From an uncultured Eubacteriales bacterium (GTDB taxonomy: Bacteria > Bacillota > Clostridia > Oscillospirales > Acutalibacteraceae), in assembly GCA_934489895.1 (NCBI GenBank), contig CAKSST010000007.1, positions 5,052 to 69,051 on the forward strand: a DNA stretch of 64,000 nt, given 5' to 3'. The notes under the pieces are model-generated. The model searched no databases. It worked only from the letters and a program-made list of their open reading frames with translations, and was not told where the DNA came from. Both the position numbers and the translations under genes were made by a program. Below, in pieces: positions 49,503 to 56,677 of this stretch. The stretch's first letter is position 1. Every line of letters starts with the position of its first letter.

Positions 49503-50174
49503 TTACACTTTTGTTAGCTCTTTAACGGTGGGTTCAATACTTTCCCATATCAAATCGGCAATGCATTGCATACCGTAATCGTTGGGATGATTATATTCAC
49601 CGTGAGTTTCCTCAGCCGTTCTTATATCGCCCATAAATATAAAGGGCTCTGCGTATTTATCGGCAACTGCTTTACGGTTTGCGCCGACCTTATCGCGCAG
49701 CCAAAACTGTTCAATATGGAAGAACTTTGCTTTCTTATCATAGTCAAGATAATTGCATATATCCTCATAAGCCTGCTCAAAGCCGTTGTCACCGTCCGCC
49801 GAGTCGTAGGTTCTGGGCACATTGGTGCCAAAAAGCATTACAACGATATCGGGATGGTAATCCAAGACTTTAGCATACTGATTTTTATAATCAAAGCCGC
49901 GAAAATCACACTCAAAGCTTGCAACCTGCAGTATTGCAAAAGAAAGATCACTGTCATACTGTGCTGCTTTTTGTGCTACCAGATGCACATAGTCTTTTTC
50001 GGGACAGGAGGCTGCCATACCGCAATCTCTTGTCCAGCCTATTGAGGGTTTGGGACCGTGCTTCGATGTAGAGTTGCCTACAAAAAGAATTTTAAGGCCG
50101 TTTCCGCCGTATTTAAAAAACCAGTTATTATTCTGATTTGTTGCGGGTACAATGTTTTTCTGCAAATCTTTCAT
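49503..50174 (-). CDS. SGNH/GDSL-family hydrolase
   Basis: ILFVGNSTSKH (block I Ser), VVMLFGTN, and C-terminal HPNDYGM (DxxH). Confidence 0.75.
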   Translation of the reverse strand: MKDLQKNIVPATNQNNNWFFKYGGNGLKILFVGNSTSKHGPKPSIGWTRDCGMAASCPEKDYVHLVAQKAAQYDSDLSFAILQVASFECDFRGFDYKNQYAKVLDYHPDIVVMLFGTNVPRTYDSADGDNGFEQAYEDICNYLDYDKKAKFFHIEQFWLRDKVGANRKAVADKYAEPFIFMGDIRTAEETHGEYNHPNDYGMQCIADLIWESIEPTVKELTKV

Positions 50175-50204
50175 AATATGTACACCTCAACTATTTAAAT
50201 ATAA

Positions 50205-50400
50205 TACTCCCGCCCTGCCGTAATGGGCCTGATTGATAACCTGTTTTTGTGTACAGGTGGGTGCCGTCCCAGCGGTTTTGCGCTCCCTTCGTCCGCCTAA
50301 TGCGGGAGGTCTGCCGGACCCGCCGCCGGAGAGCCGGCTCCCTATTAATATACTTGTAGGGTTATAACGGCAACCATACGCGAACAGGGCAGGAAGTAAA
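50205..50400 (-). ncRNA. GC-rich structured RNA candidate, class unresolved (some 6S-like features)
   Basis: About 195 nt, visibly more GC-rich than its flanks. The 5' end CUUCCUGCCCUGUU pairs with the 3' end ACGGCAGGGCGGGAG (13 bp, one bulge). Internal helices include GGGAG/CUCCC, CCGG-CUCU-CCGG, GGUC-CGGCA-GACC, GCGG/CCGC and ACCUGU-ACACAAAA-ACAGGU. The overlapping 73-aa ORF is Gly/Arg/Pro-rich nonsense. Confidence 0.5.
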
Positions 50401-50413
50401 AAACACAAGGATA

Positions 50414-50707
50414 TTATTTTTCTTCTATTTCAAACTTATCTGCAAGGCGGTCAATAAAGGCATCTGCTACCGAATCATATTCATCGTCATCCATAATTTC
50501 CTCAAAATATTCCTCGCCGTTTTCCTCTTTAACCGTAACAATTACAAGCTCACCGCTGTCATCAAGAATTTTTTGCGGGTCATCATATACCGGCAAAAGA
50601 GCAAGATAGCGGGCTTCATCAGTTTCAATGGCGTCAAGCACCTCAAAAGTGTATTCATTTCCGTCATCATCGGAAAGGGTTACTATATCGGGATTGTAAT
50701 CTTCCAT
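50414..50707 (-). CDS. DUF1292-family acidic small protein
   Basis: 97 aa. DDDGNEYTFEVLDAIETDEARYLALLP is the DUF1292 core. RBS AGGAGG. Confidence 0.8.
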   Translation of the reverse strand: MEDYNPDIVTLSDDDGNEYTFEVLDAIETDEARYLALLPVYDDPQKILDDSGELVIVTVKEENGEEYFEEIMDDDEYDSVADAFIDRLADKFEIEEK

Positions 50708-50839
50708 TTGAAAATACCTCCTGTATCTTTATTATATTTTAACCGTTTTAAGTATATTAGTCAACAATAAAAGTATTTTAACAAATTGTAAAAACTTAGT
50801 TTCAGTGTATATAATATACAAAAATAATTAAATTTGTTA

Positions 50840-50868
50840 TTGACATTTGTGCAAATGTATGATATATT
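50840..50868 (+). promoter_or_regulatory. Consensus-like sigma-A promoter with no protein-coding gene downstream
   Basis: TTGACA (50840-50845), 17-nt spacer, TATATT (50863-50868). Confidence 0.55.
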
Positions 50869-50939
50869 AAAAATGCAAAAAGAAATATTACTAATTCAAA
50901 GACAAAATCTTAACAGAAAGGGGCTGGACCCAATGCAGA

Positions 50940-51112
50940 GTGAATCACAAAATTTTGGCGAAAGCTATAAATTAAATTGAAAGGCGTGAGTCCGAAAATT
51001 TAGTAACTTTTTGTTTTTAAAATTTTTCCAAATAATTTTTAAATACGGTGAGTCCAATGTACTAAGAACTTCTCTTTAAAGATAAATCTATAGGACGGTG
51101 AGTCCGATGTAC
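50940..51112 (+). repeat. Four dispersed copies of a GTGA(G/A)TC(C/A) motif; the last two share 17 of 18 nt (ACGGTGAGTCC[A/G]ATGTAC)
   Basis: GTGAATCA 50940-50947. GTGAGTCC at 50986-50993, 51048-51055 and 51098-51105. Extended copies at 51045-51062 and 51095-51112. Spacings are 46, 62 and 50 nt. Confidence 0.8.
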
Positions 51113-51135
51113 AACTAAAAACTTAATTTAACAAT

Positions 51136-51170
51136 AAACCGCTTTGGCTTTTGCCAAAGCGGTTTTCTTA
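51136..51170. terminator. Bidirectional intrinsic terminator
   Basis: 13-bp stem aaaccgctttggc / gccaaagcggttt with a tttt loop, and U-rich tails on both strands. It closes both the orphan unit and the 883-aa gene. Confidence 0.85.
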
Positions 51171-53822
51171 TTATATTCTGTCGCCTAAGGCTATAAAGGT
51201 TAACGCTGCGCGTTTTACAAGCGGGCTGTCGCACTCTGCTGTAAACTCAACAGTATTATCGCCGTTTTGCAGTTCAATACTGCCGATAACAGCAGGTCTT
51301 GCAAGCTCTTTGCCCAATCCGTCATAATGAACGCAGAGCTTTGTTATGGGGTCATATTCAAGATAATCACCGCTATTCATTACTGTATCAAAGGCAACGG
51401 TCTGTCCGTTCGCCTTAACGGTAGGCTTTTTAAGCTCTAAAGCAACCTGCGGTAATGCAACAATGTCACGCAGCTTAATGTTATACTCACCCTGAGGGTG
51501 GACAATAACTTCAACATTTTCCAAGTTGTTCATATCAACCAGGCCGTCATAAACCGCATAAAACGGAATAGTGTCTTCAAACACTTTATAATCCAGCTGC
51601 TCTACAGGATATTCATGTGCCTTCATTTCTGCATTCTGAAACTCGTAGAAAGAATAATATCTCCAACCGGTAAAATCAATTTTAACGAAGTGGTCGCCGT
51701 ATCCTGTTTCAAGATGCTTTAATGAATGTAAGCGAATATTTATTACCTCGCCCTTACCGTCACCGTATATCCACACACCCATACCGCGCATTTTATTGGT
51801 AGAAGAAGTTTTTACATTGTACTTTTTGCCAGTCTCAACGCTTTTATTTTGATCAAACTCAGCAATAACCTTTGCATTTTCAGAATAATAATCCTGAGCC
51901 GACCAGAGCGCCTCTATTCTTATTTTGGGAGTCTGTGTCTCAAAATCATTTGTGTATGTAAGAATATTTCTTCCCTCTTCAAAGCTTTCAATGCGCTGGC
52001 GGTTGGTATTCATACGCACAAAATAATAGTTATCCTCTTTCTTGCACAAATGATACTCTTTTTGAGGCTGTCTTACAATTTCCTTTATCTCTCTTGAAAA
52101 ATATCCGTTATCACGCAAGGCGGTATATTCCTGAATGATAGGACGGTAGCTTTCAAGCAGAGGCACTGTCTTATAATATTCAAATGAGGAAAGCCAGCAA
52201 AGGCTTGCGTCTGTTGCAAGGGCCTTGCTCATAAGATATTCAACATCCTCGTGCCACATCACTTTTTTTTGCCAGTTGACAGGCTGTCCTATGGGGAAAA
52301 GCTGCCACCAGCCAAGTTCGCTTACAAGGCTCATTTTTTCTGCAAATTTTGAGTTGAAATCAACATGGACATCAACAAAATCACGGTAACCGCGTCCGGG
52401 AGTGTCAAAAGCACCCATAAGTGTGCGTGCATGCCAATGTCCCGGGTATTGCGGACCATAGCAGCAGTTAAATATTGGCGGTTTTTTAAGATATTTAAAT
52501 ATCTCATTAACAAAATCGGTTGCGTGATACCACGAAAATTCATTTGAATCAAGCGCAAATACGCCGTCAATAGCATCAATATAAAATCCGTCAAAGTCAA
52601 GTTCATTATAAAACTCAGCTGTATTACGGGCAATCTCATAAAAAAGTTTGCTTCCGCGTTCGGGCATAAGATGGGTAAAGTAAGCACGCAGTTGTTTTAT
52701 AACGCTGTCTTTTTTATGAGCCGTTACAGCGGTACCGAAAGCGCCTCGCAAAACAAAAATTTTACCATTTCTTATGCCTTGTATATACATAAGCTCATCA
52801 TCAACACGCAGAACAGGTGACTCTTGTATATAAGCACCAAAGACAGAATTTACACTTTCAATAGGTTCACAAATTACCACTTCTTCATCACTGTTGCCAA
52901 TATCGCAGGCCAGGGTAAAGGTTTTTGAAATAGCAAGATCCTCGTGAGGTACAGGCTGCAAGTATTTACCGCCCTTATCGCGCGGATTACCGTAAGCGTC
53001 AATAAAGAAAGCATAGCTATGCACCATAGCGTTTATACCGTTTTGATGCAGCTTATCAACAATATGTTTTAAATCTACTCTGCCGTTAGGGTAAATCTCC
53101 TTGTTATAAACCTCAAAGTCTCCCGTGCGGAACATATGCGCCTGATGAAAATTAACCTGTGTGATTCTAAAATCATTGAGCAGCTCTATGTATTCATCAA
53201 TATTGTCATCGGTCAAAGGCTGTACTCTTATAGCGTAGGTGCGGTTCGCATCCTTGCAATCCTTTGCGTAAGGACCGCTGTATGCGCCTTTGGGCATCTG
53301 GCCGAAGGGTATTTTGTCAACGATCTCGCGCATAACGCCGTTCATTTTATCTTCCTGTATACCGATAACAGCAAAAGCCGCGTTTTCAATACCTATATGA
53401 GTATAAACCGTAGCAGACAGTTCTTGGTTCTTACCGGGATATTCTGCCGTTTTTACGTTAAGGGTAAGTCCGATACCACTGGTCATAAATCCAGTATCAG
53501 CAACATCCGTGAGCAAATTAACAAAGGTTAAAGACCAGAAATCTTCATTTGAAACGGCAAGTAAAGTAAATTTAAAAAAGTCATCAAAGGTTTCAGCCCT
53601 TACTTGTGCGCAAAAGCCGTTTTCAAAACCTATGCGGAGTATGCCGTCATTATAGCTTGCGCTGTTTGCACAAAGCTCGCTTTTATCATTAAGCACAAGC
53701 TTTGCAAAAGCAGTTTGCTCTTTAAGAATGTTTCTGTTTTTTTCTTTTGCAAATATACAGGATACTTTTGCTTTTTCGTCAATAGTAATCAATAAATGAT
53801 TGTTTTCATTGACAATATTCAT
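51171..53822 (-). CDS. Large cytoplasmic protein of unknown function, possibly a glycoside-hydrolase-like TIM barrel with C-terminal beta-sandwich domains
   Basis: 883 aa with no signal peptide or TM. The central region has barrel-like strand motifs (ITQVNFHQ, INAMVHSY, DFDGFYIDAIDG, ELGWWQ). The C-terminal third is beta-rich. I cannot place it in a named family by eye. Confidence 0.35.
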   Translation of the reverse strand: MNIVNENNHLLITIDEKAKVSCIFAKEKNRNILKEQTAFAKLVLNDKSELCANSASYNDGILRIGFENGFCAQVRAETFDDFFKFTLLAVSNEDFWSLTFVNLLTDVADTGFMTSGIGLTLNVKTAEYPGKNQELSATVYTHIGIENAAFAVIGIQEDKMNGVMREIVDKIPFGQMPKGAYSGPYAKDCKDANRTYAIRVQPLTDDNIDEYIELLNDFRITQVNFHQAHMFRTGDFEVYNKEIYPNGRVDLKHIVDKLHQNGINAMVHSYAFFIDAYGNPRDKGGKYLQPVPHEDLAISKTFTLACDIGNSDEEVVICEPIESVNSVFGAYIQESPVLRVDDELMYIQGIRNGKIFVLRGAFGTAVTAHKKDSVIKQLRAYFTHLMPERGSKLFYEIARNTAEFYNELDFDGFYIDAIDGVFALDSNEFSWYHATDFVNEIFKYLKKPPIFNCCYGPQYPGHWHARTLMGAFDTPGRGYRDFVDVHVDFNSKFAEKMSLVSELGWWQLFPIGQPVNWQKKVMWHEDVEYLMSKALATDASLCWLSSFEYYKTVPLLESYRPIIQEYTALRDNGYFSREIKEIVRQPQKEYHLCKKEDNYYFVRMNTNRQRIESFEEGRNILTYTNDFETQTPKIRIEALWSAQDYYSENAKVIAEFDQNKSVETGKKYNVKTSSTNKMRGMGVWIYGDGKGEVINIRLHSLKHLETGYGDHFVKIDFTGWRYYSFYEFQNAEMKAHEYPVEQLDYKVFEDTIPFYAVYDGLVDMNNLENVEVIVHPQGEYNIKLRDIVALPQVALELKKPTVKANGQTVAFDTVMNSGDYLEYDPITKLCVHYDGLGKELARPAVIGSIELQNGDNTVEFTAECDSPLVKRAALTFIALGDRI

Positions 53823-53853
53823 TTTTATCAGCTACCTATAAGAGTTTTATTAT

Positions 53854-55617
53854 TTACGCCTTTTGAGTAATTTCCTCAACAAGCTTTAAAGCAAATTCCT
53901 GAGCAGGCATACTGCCCAAATCACCCTTATCGCGTGAGCGGACAGATACTGCGCCGCATTCAGCCTCTTTGTCGCCTGCAACCAGCATATAAGGTACCTT
54001 TTCAAGCTGTGCCTCACGGATTTTGAAGCCGATTTTTTCATTGCGCTCATCAATCTCGCAACGGATACCTTTCTGTTGAAGCAAGTCTTTTACGTTGTGC
54101 ATATATTCTGCGTGGCGGTCGGCTATGGGTAAGAGCTTTACCTGTACGGGTGCCAGCCATGCGGGGAATTTTCCTGCATAATGCTCTATTAATATACCGA
54201 TAAATCTTTCAATTGAGCCGAACACCACACGGTGTATCATAATGGGACGGTGCTTTTGTGAGTCTGCACCTATGTATTCAGCCTCAAAGCGCAAAGGCAG
54301 CTGGAAGTCAAGCTGAATGGTACCGCACTGCCAGGTACGGCCTATTGAGTCTTCCAAATGGAAATCAATCTTAGGACCGTAGAATGCGCCGTCGCCCTCG
54401 TTAACAACATAGGGCATCTGCATTTCTTCCAAAGCGGTTTTCAAGCCGTTTGTTGCCATATTCCAATCTTCAACAGAACCTAAATGGTCCTCGGGCATGG
54501 TGGAAAGCTCAACGTGATATTTAAATCCAAAGAGATTATAAACCTCGTCAATAATTCTTACAACGCCTTTTATTTCGTCTGCAATCTGGTCGCGTGTCAT
54601 AAATATATGAGCATCGTCCTGTGTAAAGCAGCGCACTCTCATAAGGCCGTGCAGCTCGCCCGATTTTTCGTGACGGTGTACCAGACCCAGCTCGCCAAGC
54701 CTTAAGGGTAAATCCTTATAAGAACGGGGCTGCATTTTATAAACCAGCATACCGCCCGGGCAGTTCATAGGTTTAACTGCAAAGGCGTTATCATCAATCT
54801 CGGTGGTGTACATATTTGCCTTGTAATGTCCCCAGTGGCCTGAGGTTTCCCAAAGCTGACGGTTAAGCAGCATAGGTGTGCTTATCTCGTGATAGCCTTC
54901 GCGGGTATGGATTTGACGCCAGAAATCAATAAGGGTATTTTTAAGTATCATACCCTTAGGTAAGAAGAAGGGAAATCCCGGTCCTTCTTCCATCATTGCA
55001 AAAATGCCTAACTCTTTACCTAATTTGCGATGGTCGCGCTTTTTGGCTTCTTCAATGCGCTCAAGATGTGTTGCAAGGTCTTCCTTTGAAGCAAATGCTG
55101 TACCGTATATACGGGTGAGCATCTTGTTTTTTTCGCTTCCGCGCCAATAAGCACCCGCAACGCTTGTAAGCTTAAACGCTTTAACGGCAGAAGTGAAGCT
55201 AACGTGGGGGCCTGCGCACAAATCAACAAAGTCACCCTGTTTAAAGAAAGAAAGCTCTTCATCCTCGGGCAAATCATTAATAAGCTCAACCTTATATGGC
55301 TCACCCTGCTGCTCCATTAAAGCAATACCTTCTTTGCGCGGTAGGGTAAATCGCTCTAATTTAAGGTTTTCCTTTGTTATTTTTTTCATTTCTGCTTCAA
55401 GAGCAGTCAGGTCCTCATCTGTAAAGGGGCGCTCACAGTCAAAATCGTAATAAAACCCGTCCTTAATTGCGGGACCTATTGCAAGCTTTGTGTTAGGAAA
55501 AAGGCGCTTTACAGCCTGTGCTAAAACATGTGACGCTGTATGACGCAAAGCATTTCTGCCAACTTCATCCTCAAAAGTGCATTCCTGGACTGTACCGTCG
55601 TGAAAAATAACCTTCAT
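53854..55617 (-). CDS. thrS: Threonine--tRNA ligase with a truncated N-terminal TGS domain
   Basis: Editing-domain motifs RHTASHVLAQAV and DLCAGPH. Class II core (FRHE-type HRHEKSGELHGLMRVRCFTQDDAHIF, GAFYGPKID). Anticodon-binding domain present. Only about 25 aa precede the HxxxH motif. Confidence 0.95.
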   Translation of the reverse strand: MKVIFHDGTVQECTFEDEVGRNALRHTASHVLAQAVKRLFPNTKLAIGPAIKDGFYYDFDCERPFTDEDLTALEAEMKKITKENLKLERFTLPRKEGIALMEQQGEPYKVELINDLPEDEELSFFKQGDFVDLCAGPHVSFTSAVKAFKLTSVAGAYWRGSEKNKMLTRIYGTAFASKEDLATHLERIEEAKKRDHRKLGKELGIFAMMEEGPGFPFFLPKGMILKNTLIDFWRQIHTREGYHEISTPMLLNRQLWETSGHWGHYKANMYTTEIDDNAFAVKPMNCPGGMLVYKMQPRSYKDLPLRLGELGLVHRHEKSGELHGLMRVRCFTQDDAHIFMTRDQIADEIKGVVRIIDEVYNLFGFKYHVELSTMPEDHLGSVEDWNMATNGLKTALEEMQMPYVVNEGDGAFYGPKIDFHLEDSIGRTWQCGTIQLDFQLPLRFEAEYIGADSQKHRPIMIHRVVFGSIERFIGILIEHYAGKFPAWLAPVQVKLLPIADRHAEYMHNVKDLLQQKGIRCEIDERNEKIGFKIREAQLEKVPYMLVAGDKEAECGAVSVRSRDKGDLGSMPAQEFALKLVEEITQKA

Positions 55618-55711
55618 TATTCTCTTCCTCTCATATTATAAAAGTTTTTCAAAATAAGTATTTAGCAAATATTTAATAATTTTTGTACAAAAATAAAATA
55701 ATTTGCTTTAT

Positions 55712-55968
55712 AAAAAACAAAACCCTTGAAGCAACAAATGTTTTTATTGCTTCAAGGGTGCTTTTTGCACGGTTCCACCTTGATTTTTAACTCAAAATGC
55801 AAGCCTTTAACGCAGGCGTTACGTTCCTTTTTGCTGCCAAAGGACACTCAAAGGCGGTTTTCTTGCATAATACTTTTAAACGGCTTTCAGCCCATGGCCG
55901 TTTTTCTCTTATAAAAGCACTAAAAATTGCAATACTTTTTCCTTATCAACGCTTTAAGATATTTATTT
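55712..55968 (-). promoter_or_regulatory. T-box riboswitch leader, Thr (ACC) specifier, with terminator/antiterminator
   Basis: Read on the minus strand. Stem I has GUUGAUAAGGAAAAAGUA and an AGAGA bulge. Specifier loop is GAAA-ACC-G. T-box sequence is AAAUCAAGGUGGAACCGUGC. Terminator is CCCUUGAAGCAA...UUGCUUCAAGGG plus UUUUGUUUUUU. Confidence 0.85.
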
Positions 55969-55974
55969 ATACTT

Positions 55975-56003
55975 ATAATATATTCTAAACACATAATTGT
56001 CAA
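55975..56003 (-). promoter_or_regulatory. Sigma-A promoter for the thrS T-box leader
   Basis: Minus strand: TTGACA (56003-55998), 17-nt spacer, TATTAT (55980-55975). Confidence 0.6.
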
Positions 56004-56057
56004 GTTTTATGTTGAATAACACAGTTTGCTGTGATAAAATATTAAGCGGTGGTATAT

Positions 56058-56663
56058 ATGTTATTTAAGAACAAAATATTTTTTAAAAGCTCCGGCTATG
56101 ATTATATGCTTGTAGGTCTTGGCAATCCGGGTACGAAATATGAAGCCACCCGCCATAACTGCGGTTTTGCTATGCTTGACATGTTTTGCGAGCGTCATGG
56201 CTGTGCTATCAAAAAAAGCAAATTTCAGTCCTTAATCGGTGAATGCACAATAAGCGGCAAGCGTATACTTCTAATAAAGCCGCAAACCTTTATGAACAAT
56301 TCAGGCATTGCGGTTAAAGCTGCTATGCAGTTTTATAAAATTGCGCCCGAAAATATAATTATAGCCTTTGACGATATTTCGCTTGACCCCGGCAAAATAA
56401 GAATACGCCGCAAGGGTACAGACGGCGGTCATAACGGTATTAAAAGCATTATTAACCACATTGGCTCGCAAGATTTTCCGCGTATAAAAATAGGCGTCGG
56501 CGCCAAACCCACACCCGAGTGGGACCTTGCTGATTGGGTACTGTCAAACTTTGATAAAAAGGATTTGCCCTCTGTAAAGGAAAGTCTTGAAAAAGCGGCA
56601 GATGCAGCAGAATGTATATTTACACAGTCAATTGATGTTGCAATGAATAAATTTAACAGCTGA
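56058..56663 (+). CDS. pth: Peptidyl-tRNA hydrolase
   Basis: LVGLGNPGTKYEATRHNCGF, DDISLDPGKIRIRRKG, GGHNGIKS. ATG at 56058 follows a GGTGG RBS; an internal ATG (MLVGLGNPG) is an alternative start. Confidence 0.9.
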   Translation: MLFKNKIFFKSSGYDYMLVGLGNPGTKYEATRHNCGFAMLDMFCERHGCAIKKSKFQSLIGECTISGKRILLIKPQTFMNNSGIAVKAAMQFYKIAPENIIIAFDDISLDPGKIRIRRKGTDGGHNGIKSIINHIGSQDFPRIKIGVGAKPTPEWDLADWVLSNFDKKDLPSVKESLEKAADAAECIFTQSIDVAMNKFNS

Positions 56664-56677
56664 CGGCAGGTATATTA

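Larger units (their letters stand above)
50873..51170 (+). ncRNA. Candidate about 300-nt orphan transcript (sRNA, or carrier of mini-ORFs) with repeated GTGAGTCC motifs
   Basis: Bounded by the promoter at 50840-50868 and the terminator at 51136-51170. The longest ORFs are 35 aa (no RBS) and 15 aa (50933-50980, RBS GAAAGGGG). Motif copies lie at 50940, 50986, 51048 and 51098. Confidence 0.4.

Noticed and set aside
50205-50400. Cobalamin riboswitch, ZTP (pfl), SRP RNA or RNase P as the identity of the GC-rich element
   Set aside because: The hallmark strings are missing on both strands. There is no GCCACUG B12 core, no GGUCCGGAAGGAAGCAGC SRP helix-8 motif, no GAGGAAAGUCCGGGC, and only a loose resemblance (CCGCUGGGA) to the ZTP CCGCCUGGGC box. 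The downstream gene (SGNH hydrolase) does not fit those regulons either.
50187-50408. 73-aa ORF (minus strand) from the ORF track
   Set aside because: The sequence is Gly/Arg/Pro/Ala-rich low-complexity with no RBS. It coincides exactly with a GC-rich segment that has extensive self-complementarity. It is better explained as a structured RNA.
50940-51112. Mini-CRISPR array
   Set aside because: The repeats are only 8-18 nt long, imperfect and irregularly spaced (46, 62 and 50 nt). No cas genes are in the window.
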